Below, piece by piece: positions 33,346 through 42,007 of a DNA stretch of 64,000 nucleotides. Made by a program: the position numbers and the translations under genes. The stretch covers positions 6,694 through 70,693 of the forward strand of contig CALUXE010000001.1 in NCBI GenBank assembly GCA_944324675.1, written 5' to 3'. Source of the DNA: an uncultured Elusimicrobiales bacterium. GTDB lineage: Bacteria; Elusimicrobiota; Elusimicrobia; Elusimicrobiales; Elusimicrobiaceae. Numbering within the stretch: position 1 is the first letter of the stretch; the number at the start of each line of letters is the position of its first letter. The notes beneath the pieces are model-generated. The model made no database searches. It was not told the origin of the DNA and worked only from the letters and a program-made list of their open reading frames with translations.

Positions 33346-34538
33346 AAAGGATAGTAATTTTAGGTTCTACGGGTTCTATCGGGGTATCGTCGCTAAGCGT
33401 AATATCGGCTTTGGGCGAGGATTACCGCGTCTTGGCGATAACGGGCAACAACAATACGGAACTGTTTTTAAAACAGATACACGAATTTAAGCCCAAATAC
33501 GCCGCATTGTACAGCGAGGAATCCTACAACAAAATAAAAGACCAAGTGCCCGCGCATACCAAATTATTGGCTCCGGGCATAGAATCTTTGGTATATCTCT
33601 CGATTACGCCCGAGGCCGATTTGATAATAAACGGTTTGGTGGGTTCGGTCGGTTTTATTCCGCTGATAGCGGCGGTAAAGGCGGGTAAGACTATAGCCTT
33701 AGCCAATAAGGAACCGATAGTGATGGCGGGGCGCGCGATTATGGACGAGTGCAGACGCTGGAACGCCACGATAATACCGGTGGATTCGGAACCTTCGGCG
33801 GTATTTCAGTCTTTGGAGAATGTCGACTGCCATTCCTACTACAAGGCCGAGCCGCAAATAGCGAGCATACTGCTTACCGCTTCGGGCGGCCCGTTCTTTA
33901 AGTATGACGGCGATTTGAGCAAAGTAACCCCGAAGCAAGCCTTGGCGCATCCGCGCTGGAAAATGGGCAAAAAAATAACTATAGATTCCGCCACCTTGAT
34001 GAACAAAGGATTCGAAACTATAGAAATAATGCACCTTTTCGCCCTCCCGTTGGAGAAAGTAAAAATAGTAATTCACCCGCAGTCAATAATACACTCGGCG
34101 GTGGAATACGTAGACGGCAGCATAATAGCGGAACTTTCCAACCCGGATATGCGCCTGCCGATACAATACGCCATCACTTACCCCAAAAGAATGCCCAGCC
34201 CGGCAAAGAGGCTTTCTATAACGGAGATGTCAAAGCTGGAGTTTTCCGAGCCGGACTTAAACAAATTTCCGTGTCTGTGCCTGGCTTTGGACGCCGCCAA
34301 AAAAGGCGGGAGTTTCCCCGCAGCCCTAAACGCCGCCGACGAAGTAGCGGTATCGGCCTTTTTGGAAGGCAAAATATTGTTTACCGATATACCCAAAATA
34401 GTCGCGGGCGTACTTGCCAAGCATACCAGTCATAACAAACCGCTTACCTTAAGCGCGGCGGCTATGGTGGACGAGTGGGCCAAGGAAGAAGCCGTCGACT
34501 TGCTAAACAGCAAAAGATACAAAAAAGTTAAGATATAG
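33342..34538 (+). CDS. dxr: 1-deoxy-D-xylulose-5-phosphate reductoisomerase
   Basis: ILGSTGSIG NADPH motif, LANKEPIVMAG, PVDSEPSAVFQ, HPRWKMGKKITIDSATLMNKG. ATGA overlap with cdsA. Confidence 0.96.
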   Translation: MKRIVILGSTGSIGVSSLSVISALGEDYRVLAITGNNNTELFLKQIHEFKPKYAALYSEESYNKIKDQVPAHTKLLAPGIESLVYLSITPEADLIINGLVGSVGFIPLIAAVKAGKTIALANKEPIVMAGRAIMDECRRWNATIIPVDSEPSAVFQSLENVDCHSYYKAEPQIASILLTASGGPFFKYDGDLSKVTPKQALAHPRWKMGKKITIDSATLMNKGFETIEIMHLFALPLEKVKIVIHPQSIIHSAVEYVDGSIIAELSNPDMRLPIQYAITYPKRMPSPAKRLSITEMSKLEFSEPDLNKFPCLCLALDAAKKGGSFPAALNAADEVAVSAFLEGKILFTDIPKIVAGVLAKHTSHNKPLTLSAAAMVDEWAKEEAVDLLNSKRYKKVKI

Positions 34539-34556
34539 CTTCTAAAAACAGCTCTT

Positions 34557-34590
34557 AAAAAACGGCTTTTAAAAAGCCGTTTTTTATTTG
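34557..34590 (+). terminator. Intrinsic terminator after dxr
   Basis: Stem AACGGCTTT / AAAGCCGTT (34561-34581), followed by TTTTTATTT. Confidence 0.8.
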
Positions 34591-34644
34591 CGAGGTCTTT
34601 GCTCGGAGATGAATAAAAAGCGATTTTAAAGGCTTCCTCCAAAG

Positions 34645-34653
34645 TGATATAAT
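34645..34653 (+). promoter_or_regulatory. Extended -10 promoter (TGATATAAT) upstream of rseP
   Basis: TGnTATAAT at 34645-34653, 28 nt upstream of the rseP ATG. AGGAG RBS follows. Confidence 0.5.
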
Positions 34654-34681
34654 ATTATTATCTTACATTTAGGAGTTATAA

Positions 34682-35884
34682 ATGATAATGGATTTCCTCA
34701 ATGCGCTGTGGGCAAAGATACTTTGGCTGGTCAGCCCCGATACTTTACTTTCCGCTTTAGGTATAGCTTTCGCTTTGGCGCTTGTCATTTTTATACACGA
34801 ACTGGGCCACTTTTTGGCTTGCAAACTTTTAAATATCCGGGTAGAAGAATTTTCAATAGGATTCGGAAAACTGCTTAAGAAATGGGGCAAAGGCGAGACG
34901 CAATATTCCCTGCGCGCGATACCGCTGGGCGGATATGTCAAACCCGCGGGCGAATTCTACGCCAGAGAAGCCGAAATAACCGACGAGCGCGACTTCGCCG
35001 CGAAACCTTGGTATTCCAGAGCTTTTATGGTATTTGCCGGCGCGGGCATGAACTATGTTTTGGCTTTCGTAATATTCTTTTTTGTTGTATTATCCGTCGG
35101 ACTGCCCGTAAACAACCCGAAACAAATCCCCCCCGTGGTAGGCGAGATATTGGAAAGCTACCCCGCCTATAATTCCGGCCTTCAAAAAGGCGATTTAATT
35201 ACCCAGGTGAATAATACCCCTATACAGAACTGGGAGGAAATGGTAAAGAATATAGCCTCGGCTAAAAACGAGGTAACTTTAACCTATCAACGCGGAGAAG
35301 AAACCGCCAGCGTAACTCTGCCTTTAAGCGCGGATAAGAAAGTCGGCATAGCGTTGGAGCCGGTTTACGAAAAAGCCGGAGTATTGGAAGCGGTCAGAAT
35401 AGCCGCCCATCAATGCTATTATTGGACAGCCCTTTCCCTTACGACAATAGCGGATAAGCTTTGGCACAAACAGGCCCCTGATGTGGCAGGCCCGATAGGG
35501 ATATTTGAAATCGTAGGAAAAGGCGTACACAGCGGGCTGGAAGATTATTTCTTTTTGATAGGCTTAATTTCGGTAGCTATAGGTATGTTCAACCTGTTCC
35601 CGATACCGATACTTGACGGCGGACATATTTTGTTCTTCATAATAGAGGCTATAAGAGGCAAAAGGGTTAAGGAAAAGACTCTCTACAATGCCAGTTCCGC
35701 AGGGGCGATATTTTTGCTCGCCTTGGTGCTCTATGCCACTTACAGCGACATTAAACGCTTAAGAACCCGCGGCGCCAAACCCGCGGCGGTGGAGCAGACG
35801 GTAAAAGCCCAGCCTTCCGAGGAATCGGCAATACCGCCCGTCGAAGAACAGGCTCAAACCGCCCCTCAGGAGTCCGCGAAATGA
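34682..35884 (+). CDS. rseP: RIP zinc metalloprotease RseP (site-2 protease)
   Basis: HELGHFLACK zinc motif, a central PDZ-like segment, and NLFPIPILDGGHI C-terminal motif. Confidence 0.93.
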   Translation: MIMDFLNALWAKILWLVSPDTLLSALGIAFALALVIFIHELGHFLACKLLNIRVEEFSIGFGKLLKKWGKGETQYSLRAIPLGGYVKPAGEFYAREAEITDERDFAAKPWYSRAFMVFAGAGMNYVLAFVIFFFVVLSVGLPVNNPKQIPPVVGEILESYPAYNSGLQKGDLITQVNNTPIQNWEEMVKNIASAKNEVTLTYQRGEETASVTLPLSADKKVGIALEPVYEKAGVLEAVRIAAHQCYYWTALSLTTIADKLWHKQAPDVAGPIGIFEIVGKGVHSGLEDYFFLIGLISVAIGMFNLFPIPILDGGHILFFIIEAIRGKRVKEKTLYNASSAGAIFLLALVLYATYSDIKRLRTRGAKPAAVEQTVKAQPSEESAIPPVEEQAQTAPQESAK

Positions 35885-36954
35885 AGAAAACCCGCGAAGT
35901 AAAAGTAGGGCCTTTTGTGCTCGGCGGGAAAAACCCCGTAAGAGTACAAGCGATGTGCAATACCGATACCAGGGACGTAAAAGCGACGGTAAAGCAAATA
36001 AAAGCATTGGAAAACGCCGGCTGCGAGATCAACCGCGTAGCGGTGCCGGATATGGACGCGGCCAAGGCTTTGGGCAAAATCAAAAAAGCGATGAGCACCC
36101 CGCTGGTCGCCGATATACACTTTGATTACAAACTCGCGCTTGAAGCGATAAAACAAGGCGTGGACAAGGTAAGGATAAACCCCGGCAATATCGGCGATAT
36201 GGCCAAGGTAAAAGAAGTCGTCTTGGCCTGCAAAGACAAAGGCGCGGCGATAAGAATAGGCGTTAATGCCGGCTCCATAAAAGAGTTAAAGAAATTTTCC
36301 GGCCAGCCAAAGTGGACCGACAAGAAATGGGCGCAGGTAATGGTCGGCGAGGCTTTGGAGCAAGCCAACCTGCTGGAAAAACTGAATTTCAAGCAATATT
36401 TGGTATCTTTAAAATCCGACAATATATCCCGCACGATAGCGGCCTGCGAGCTTTTGGCGGAACAGACGAACATTCCCCAGCATATCGGCCTGACGGAAGC
36501 GGGCAGTTTCTTGGCGGGCACGGTAAAAAGCTCCATCGCGATGAGCCGCCTTTTAAGCCAAGGCATAGGCGCGACGATAAGGATATCCTTGACGGAAGAT
36601 CCCAAGATGCAAGTGCGCGCGGCTTACGAGATTTTAAAAGCGCTCGGCCTTAGGGAATACGGCCCCAATATAATATCCTGCCCTACCTGCGGACGCACGC
36701 AGGTGGATATAGCGGGTACGGTAAAAGCGTTGGAGGAGAAGATTTACTCCGACAAAGAACTTATCCGCCTTTCTACGGGCAAGAAGATAGCCGTTATGGG
36801 CTGCGCGGTAAACGGACCGGGCGAAGCGCGCGACGCCGATTTCGGCATAGCGGGCGGGCGCGGAGAAGGGCTCTGGTTTGAGAAGGGCGAAATAAAATAT
36901 AAACTCCCGCAGAAGATTTGGATTAAAAGAATATTAGAGGAAATAAAGAAATGA
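35881..36954 (+). CDS. ispG: 4-hydroxy-3-methylbut-2-enyl diphosphate synthase
   Basis: VQAMCNTDTRDV, RVAVPD, PLVADIHFD, RINPGNIG, ISCPTCGR, MGCAVNGPGEA. ATGA overlap with rseP. Confidence 0.96.
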   Translation: MKKTREVKVGPFVLGGKNPVRVQAMCNTDTRDVKATVKQIKALENAGCEINRVAVPDMDAAKALGKIKKAMSTPLVADIHFDYKLALEAIKQGVDKVRINPGNIGDMAKVKEVVLACKDKGAAIRIGVNAGSIKELKKFSGQPKWTDKKWAQVMVGEALEQANLLEKLNFKQYLVSLKSDNISRTIAACELLAEQTNIPQHIGLTEAGSFLAGTVKSSIAMSRLLSQGIGATIRISLTEDPKMQVRAAYEILKALGLREYGPNIISCPTCGRTQVDIAGTVKALEEKIYSDKELIRLSTGKKIAVMGCAVNGPGEARDADFGIAGGRGEGLWFEKGEIKYKLPQKIWIKRILEEIKK

Positions 36955-38669
36955 AATTATCGCAATACTATATCCCCACTTTAAAAGAAGCTCCCAAAGA
37001 CGCCGACATAATCTCGGCCAAATTGATGCTAAGGGCCGGGCTTATCCGCAAAACGGCAAGCGGCATTTACGAATGGCTGCCGCTGGGCATAAGAATTTTA
37101 AAAAAAGTAGAAAATATCATTAGAGAAGAGCTTGACGCGGCGGGCTGCTGCGAGGTATGGCTGCCTATAGTCCAGCCCCAAGAACTTTGGGAAAAATCGA
37201 CCCGCTGGACCTATTACGGCAAAGAACTTTTGCGCTTTAAAGACCGCAAAGGAGCGGGCTTCTGCTTGGCGCCTACCGCCGAAGAAGTAATGACCAATTT
37301 GGTAATGAAAGATGTTAATTCCTATAAGCAGCTGCCTTTGTGCCTCTATCAGTTCGGCACGAAATTCCGCGACGAAATCCGCCCGCGCTTTGGCGTAATG
37401 CGCGCAAGAGAGTTCTATATGAAAGACGCCTATTCCTTCTGCGCCGACGAAAAATCCGCCGCGCAGTGGTATCAGCGCCTTTACGACGCTTATATGCGCA
37501 TCTTTACCAGATTCGGTTTTAAATTCAAACCCGTGGAGGCCGATACGGGCAATATCGGCGGCAATTTCTCCCACGAGTTTATGGTTCTTGCGCAAACGGG
37601 CGAAAACGAAATTTCCGTCTGCCCCAAATGCGGCTATACAGCCAACACGGAAAAAACGGAAATAGAAGCGCCCGCGCCCGCAAACCCCAAACCCGAGGAC
37701 CTGCTGCCGGCGCAGGAAGTATCCACGCCAAACGCCAAAACCATTGACGAAGTTGCCTCTTTCCTAAAACAACCGGCGGAAAAATTCATAAAAATGTTGG
37801 TCTATAAAGCCGACGGCAAAGCCGTAGTTGTTTTAATGCGCGGGAACGACGAACTTAACGAAATTAAACTTAAAAAACTCCTTAACGCGTCCGAACTTGA
37901 AAAAGCCGAACCCGACTTTTACGAACAGACGACCGGCTCGCCTTTAGGCTTCGCCGGCCCCTGCGGCTTAAAACAAAGAAACGCCGAGATAAAAATCTAT
38001 GCCGACAATCACATAAAAACCATAGTAAACGGCATAGCGGGCGCGAACAAAAAAGATACTCATTTGAAAAATATAAATCCAGGAAGAGATTTCGCCCCAG
38101 ACCAATACGCCGATTTAAAATTGGCCTCAAAAGGCGACCGCTGCCCCAGATGCTCGGCCGAATTTGAATTTATGCGCGGTATAGAAGTCGGCCATACTTT
38201 TAAACTAGGCACCAAATATTCCTTATCGATGGGCGCGAACTTCTTAGACGAAAATCAGCAGTCCAAGCCTATGATTATGGGTTGCTACGGCATAGGCGTA
38301 AGCCGCGTAATAGCCGCAGCGATAGAGCAATCCCACGACGATAACGGCATAATATGGCCCGCGCCGCTTTCCCCGTTTGACGTGGAACTTATCGCCTTGG
38401 ATACGCAGGGTGAAGTCAAACAGAAAGCCGACGAGATTTACAATGCCCTTCGCGCCGAAGGCATAACCGTTCTCTACGATGAACGCGACGAAAGGCCGGG
38501 CGTAAAATTCAAAGACGCCGACCTTATCGGCATACCGCATAGAATAGTAATAGGCAAAAAACTTCTGCCCGAGGGAAAACTGGAATATAAAGCCAGAACG
38601 GCGCAGAAGGCGGAATTTTGGCCGATAGAAGGAATTGAAAGAAGAATAAAAGAAATGCTCGGCAGATAA
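36951..38669 (+). CDS. proS: Proline--tRNA ligase (bacterial type)
   Basis: 572 aa. Class II motifs FRDEIRPRFGVMRAREFYMKDAYSF and GCYGIGVSRVIAA, with a central insertion/editing-domain-sized region. ATGA overlap with ispG. Confidence 0.95.
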   Translation: MKLSQYYIPTLKEAPKDADIISAKLMLRAGLIRKTASGIYEWLPLGIRILKKVENIIREELDAAGCCEVWLPIVQPQELWEKSTRWTYYGKELLRFKDRKGAGFCLAPTAEEVMTNLVMKDVNSYKQLPLCLYQFGTKFRDEIRPRFGVMRAREFYMKDAYSFCADEKSAAQWYQRLYDAYMRIFTRFGFKFKPVEADTGNIGGNFSHEFMVLAQTGENEISVCPKCGYTANTEKTEIEAPAPANPKPEDLLPAQEVSTPNAKTIDEVASFLKQPAEKFIKMLVYKADGKAVVVLMRGNDELNEIKLKKLLNASELEKAEPDFYEQTTGSPLGFAGPCGLKQRNAEIKIYADNHIKTIVNGIAGANKKDTHLKNINPGRDFAPDQYADLKLASKGDRCPRCSAEFEFMRGIEVGHTFKLGTKYSLSMGANFLDENQQSKPMIMGCYGIGVSRVIAAAIEQSHDDNGIIWPAPLSPFDVELIALDTQGEVKQKADEIYNALRAEGITVLYDERDERPGVKFKDADLIGIPHRIVIGKKLLPEGKLEYKARTAQKAEFWPIEGIERRIKEMLGR

Positions 38670-38671
38670 AG

Positions 38672-40021
38672 ATGCTATCAAGAAGAAATTTAACCAATTA
38701 CCTTTTATGGGGAATATTGATAGGGCTGTATCTGGCTTTTATTTGGTTTTTCACTTATATTTACCCTATAAGCGAAGACGAACTTCTATGCCCCGTCCAT
38801 AATTTAGAATGCTATTTTTGGGCTTTTATCACCGTTTGCGCCAGAATAGGCGGGCTCATAGGAATAATATTAATCCAAGGTTATAAATGGCTGTTTTTGA
38901 TACTTAATCCTTTGGCGCAGCTGCTTTTGGCTTTATCATTGTTTTATCTTGTCTATCTAAGAATGCCGAACTTCAAAAAACTTGAAGACTTGCCCGCCTT
39001 CGTCTTTATAGCTTTGGCAAGCGTGTTTCTGGTAGTCCAGCCAGACCAAACAATCTTTTGGTTTGCGGGTTCAGTCAATTATCTGATGCTGGGCGTTATG
39101 TTTATGGCTTTTTGCGCCGTACTCAGAAAAACTTGGCACGAACCAGATTTTATACCGTCCAACTCTTTTACGAGGATAGCGGCGTTCTTCGCGGGGATAA
39201 TACTCGGTATGAACAACGAAAACTCCGCCCCGATGATATTTTGCCTCTGCGGGCTTTATACTTTGGCGGCGTTTATCCTCAAGAAGAAAATCCCCAATTG
39301 GTTCCCCCACCTTTTTGCGGGCGTCGCCGCGGGATTGGCGCTGATGTTCAGTTCGCCCGCCTATCATTACAGAAATAATTTGAATTTTATCACGAAAGCG
39401 TTAAACCAAAGGCCGCTCCTGGATAAAGCTATGCACCACTTGGCCAATATGGATTTGTTTATGGCAAGTTCTCTTTACGCTTTGCCCGTTTTATGCTTGG
39501 CCGCGGTTTTATGCGCCATAGACAAATTTAAACGGGCGATAAAAAACGAAGCCTTCCTAATGCTGGTTTTAAGCTGTTTCGTCAGCTTTGTATTGGCTAT
39601 GGTATTTTTCCTTCTGCCGATACGCCCGCACAGGGCTTGTTACAGCGCCTCTTTGTTTACGATTGCGGCGACACTATTCTTCGCCAATTACATAAAAAAC
39701 GAATATAAATTCAATTTGACGCCTTATTTTGCCGCCGCGCTGACGCTTTATGTAGCCTTCATAATAGTGCCTTTCAGCAAGCCATATTTCTCGCTTTACA
39801 GGCAAAGTCTGCAAAGAAAAGCCGTTATAGAGAAAATGCTTAAAACGCCCGACAATACCTGCATATACGCGCCCGTATACGATATCCCCAAAGGCCCGAC
39901 AACAAACCTTACCATAGACTTTATGGACGAAATGGGACGCCGCCATTATTATATCGAACAATATTATAAGCGCAAATTCGCCAGCGGCAGAGAGCCGGGC
40001 AAAAACGAAGAACGTATGTAG
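38672..40021 (+). CDS. Polytopic membrane protein (~11 TM), putative GtrC-like / GT-C-type glycosyltransferase
   Basis: 449 aa, almost entirely hydrophobic helices with a soluble ~90-aa C-terminus. Starts 2 nt after the proS stop. Convergent with and adjacent to gtrB-like and gtrA-like genes. Function inferred from context only. Confidence 0.5.
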   Translation: MLSRRNLTNYLLWGILIGLYLAFIWFFTYIYPISEDELLCPVHNLECYFWAFITVCARIGGLIGIILIQGYKWLFLILNPLAQLLLALSLFYLVYLRMPNFKKLEDLPAFVFIALASVFLVVQPDQTIFWFAGSVNYLMLGVMFMAFCAVLRKTWHEPDFIPSNSFTRIAAFFAGIILGMNNENSAPMIFCLCGLYTLAAFILKKKIPNWFPHLFAGVAAGLALMFSSPAYHYRNNLNFITKALNQRPLLDKAMHHLANMDLFMASSLYALPVLCLAAVLCAIDKFKRAIKNEAFLMLVLSCFVSFVLAMVFFLLPIRPHRACYSASLFTIAATLFFANYIKNEYKFNLTPYFAAALTLYVAFIIVPFSKPYFSLYRQSLQRKAVIEKMLKTPDNTCIYAPVYDIPKGPTTNLTIDFMDEMGRRHYYIEQYYKRKFASGREPGKNEERM

Positions 40022-40033
40022 TTTGCCTAAAGA

Positions 40034-40984
40034 TTAAAAGTTTATTCTTTCTTTCTCGATTACCAAGGGCCGTTTTAAAAGTTGTGTCAAAACCGCGCCC
40101 AAATATTCGCCTATAATACCCATAAAGAAAAGCTGTACAGAAAAGAAGAAAAATACCGCTATGAGCAAAGGCGCTTGCCCCATGGGGAAACTATCCCAAA
40201 ACAACAATTTAAGCACAAAGTAGACAAAAGCCGTCAGAATGGAAAGCATCGACAATATAAACCCGCCTATCGCCGCTATCCTAAGCGGCAAACGGCTGTG
40301 GTTGGTAAAGCCGAGCATGGCGTTATCGTAGAGAGTATACCAATTATTCTTGGTGACTCCGCCCGTGCGGCGCGGCTGTTCAAAAGGTATCAAAGCGGCG
40401 GGATAGCCCAATTCCCCCACTATTCCGCGCAGATAAGGATAAGGATCGTCTATCGCGGAAAGTTTTTCTATAACCTCCCTGTCGAAAAGCCCAAAACCCG
40501 TACACTGCTCCAGCAGATTGGCGCCGCTGTCGTTAAACTTATTTAGCAGTTTGTAATACAGCCCTCTCAAAAAATAAACGAATTTGTTTTCGTGGCTTGA
40601 CGTCTTTTGTCCGAAAACAACTTTATACCCCTCTTCCCATTTTTTTATAAATTCGGGAATAAGTTCCGGCGGATCCTGCAAATCTGAGGCCAAATAAATA
40701 ACGGCCGAGGCCCGCGTCCGCAAGGAAAGCATTATCCCGTAATAGGGCGAGCGAATATGCCCGAAGTTCCTTATATTTGCCACTACGCTGAGCTGCTTTT
40801 CTTCCGCGGCAAGCTTTTTCAGTTCCGCCAAAGTATTGTCTGTGGAGGCATTATCAAGTATAAGATAGCGAAAATCATACTTATCGCGCAATCGCTCAAA
40901 CTGTTCCTTAACCCTATAATAAAGCGGTTTGACGTTTTCCTGCTCGTTAAAAGCGCTGGACACTACGAAAATAAGAGGTTTCAT
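40034..40984 (-). CDS. GT2-family polyprenyl-phosphate glycosyltransferase (GtrB/DPM1-like)
   Basis: PLIFVVSSAFNEQENV, ILDNASTDNT, ASDLQDPPE. Two C-terminal TM helices, typical of bactoprenol glucosyltransferases. Confidence 0.85.
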   Translation of the reverse strand: MKPLIFVVSSAFNEQENVKPLYYRVKEQFERLRDKYDFRYLILDNASTDNTLAELKKLAAEEKQLSVVANIRNFGHIRSPYYGIMLSLRTRASAVIYLASDLQDPPELIPEFIKKWEEGYKVVFGQKTSSHENKFVYFLRGLYYKLLNKFNDSGANLLEQCTGFGLFDREVIEKLSAIDDPYPYLRGIVGELGYPAALIPFEQPRRTGGVTKNNWYTLYDNAMLGFTNHSRLPLRIAAIGGFILSMLSILTAFVYFVLKLLFWDSFPMGQAPLLIAVFFFFSVQLFFMGIIGEYLGAVLTQLLKRPLVIEKERINF

Positions 40985-40985
40985 A

Positions 40986-41399
40986 TCATTTCTCCGTTTT
41001 AAAAACGAAATTCTTGTTCAAAAAGAAACTTATCAAAGCCATCGGCGCGAGTATCAAAGCGCCGGAAATATATCTGTTTTCCAAGCCCGCGAACGCGAAT
41101 ATTTTAAGCAATGCTACCGTAAGAACGTAAGTAAATAAATATACGGCGAAAAACCTGAGTAGCAATCTGTTTGACGAGTTGCCAAACACCAAATTGCCCG
41201 TAGTCTTAAAATTAAACAAAACGCCGCATACCGTAGCAAATAGCGGCGCGGTAAAATCGCCGCCGCCCAGCCAAACGAAAAAAGCATACGCCAAATAGCC
41301 GAAAACGGTATTGACTACGCCCACCAAAACAAATTTGGCAAACAAAAAATCTACGCCAAAAAGCGCGGCCCGGTTTTTAAGCGATTCTCTTACGTTCAC
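40986..41399 (-). CDS. GtrA-family membrane protein
   Basis: 137 aa, 4 TM. N-terminal FAKFVLVGVVNTVFGYLAY motif typical of GtrA-like proteins. Lies 1 nt upstream of the GT2 gene. Confidence 0.8.
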   Translation of the reverse strand: MNVRESLKNRAALFGVDFLFAKFVLVGVVNTVFGYLAYAFFVWLGGGDFTAPLFATVCGVLFNFKTTGNLVFGNSSNRLLLRFFAVYLFTYVLTVALLKIFAFAGLENRYISGALILAPMALISFFLNKNFVFKTEK

Positions 41400-41447
41400 G
41401 TTTAAATTATATCAAAAGGCAAAGCTCTTTACCTTCCGCTGTTTTTA

Positions 41448-41456
41448 TGTTATAAT
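41448..41456 (+). promoter_or_regulatory. Extended -10 promoter (TGTTATAAT) of the rimP-nusA-infB operon
   Basis: TGnTATAAT at 41448-41456. TTTACC sits 17 nt upstream as a weak -35. Confidence 0.5.
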
Positions 41457-41477
41457 AAATTATCTTAAAGATGATTT

Positions 41478-41510
41478 AAGCGACTTGCCAAAACAAGTCG
41501 CTTTTGTTTT
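41478..41510 (+). terminator. Leader terminator/attenuator immediately upstream of rimP
   Basis: 10-bp stem AAGCGACTTG (41478-41487) / CAAGTCGCTT (41494-41503), followed by TTTTGTTTT. Located between the promoter and the rimP RBS. Confidence 0.6.
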
Positions 41511-41524
41511 AGAGGAAACCGCTT

Positions 41525-41983
41525 ATGAAAAATAAAAATTATATTGAGGAATCCGTCGCCAAAGCGCTGGAAACGCAAGGTTATGAACTTATAGACCTTA
41601 TAATACAGGCGCACGGCAGTAAAAAACTTTTGCAGTTCTTCGTAGATAAAGAAGGCGGAGTTAACCTTAACGACTGCGAAGTTTTGTCAAATAAAATCGA
41701 CGCCGTACTGACTATGGAGAACCTTATAGACGGCGCTTATATTCTGGAGGTTTCCTCGCCTGGCATAAAGAGAGTGCTTAAAAAGCCGGCCCACTTTAAA
41801 AGGTTTATCGGCGAGAGAGCCAAAATATACACCAAAGAGCCTATTGAAAAAAGGGCCTGCTTTACCGGTTTGATAGACTCAGCCGACGACGAACAGTTCG
41901 TATTGGACGACGGAACAACCAAGTTCACCTTCAAATATGACGCTTTGAAAAAAGCTAATCTTGACCCGGTAACGGAATTTTAA
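41525..41983 (+). CDS. rimP: Ribosome maturation factor RimP
   Basis: 152 aa with ...LEVSSPGIKRVLKKPAHFKRFIG... Conserved position upstream of nusA. Confidence 0.9.
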   Translation: MKNKNYIEESVAKALETQGYELIDLIIQAHGSKKLLQFFVDKEGGVNLNDCEVLSNKIDAVLTMENLIDGAYILEVSSPGIKRVLKKPAHFKRFIGERAKIYTKEPIEKRACFTGLIDSADDEQFVLDDGTTKFTFKYDALKKANLDPVTEF

Positions 41984-42007
41984 CTTATTAACAGGAGAAA
42001 CAAAAAA

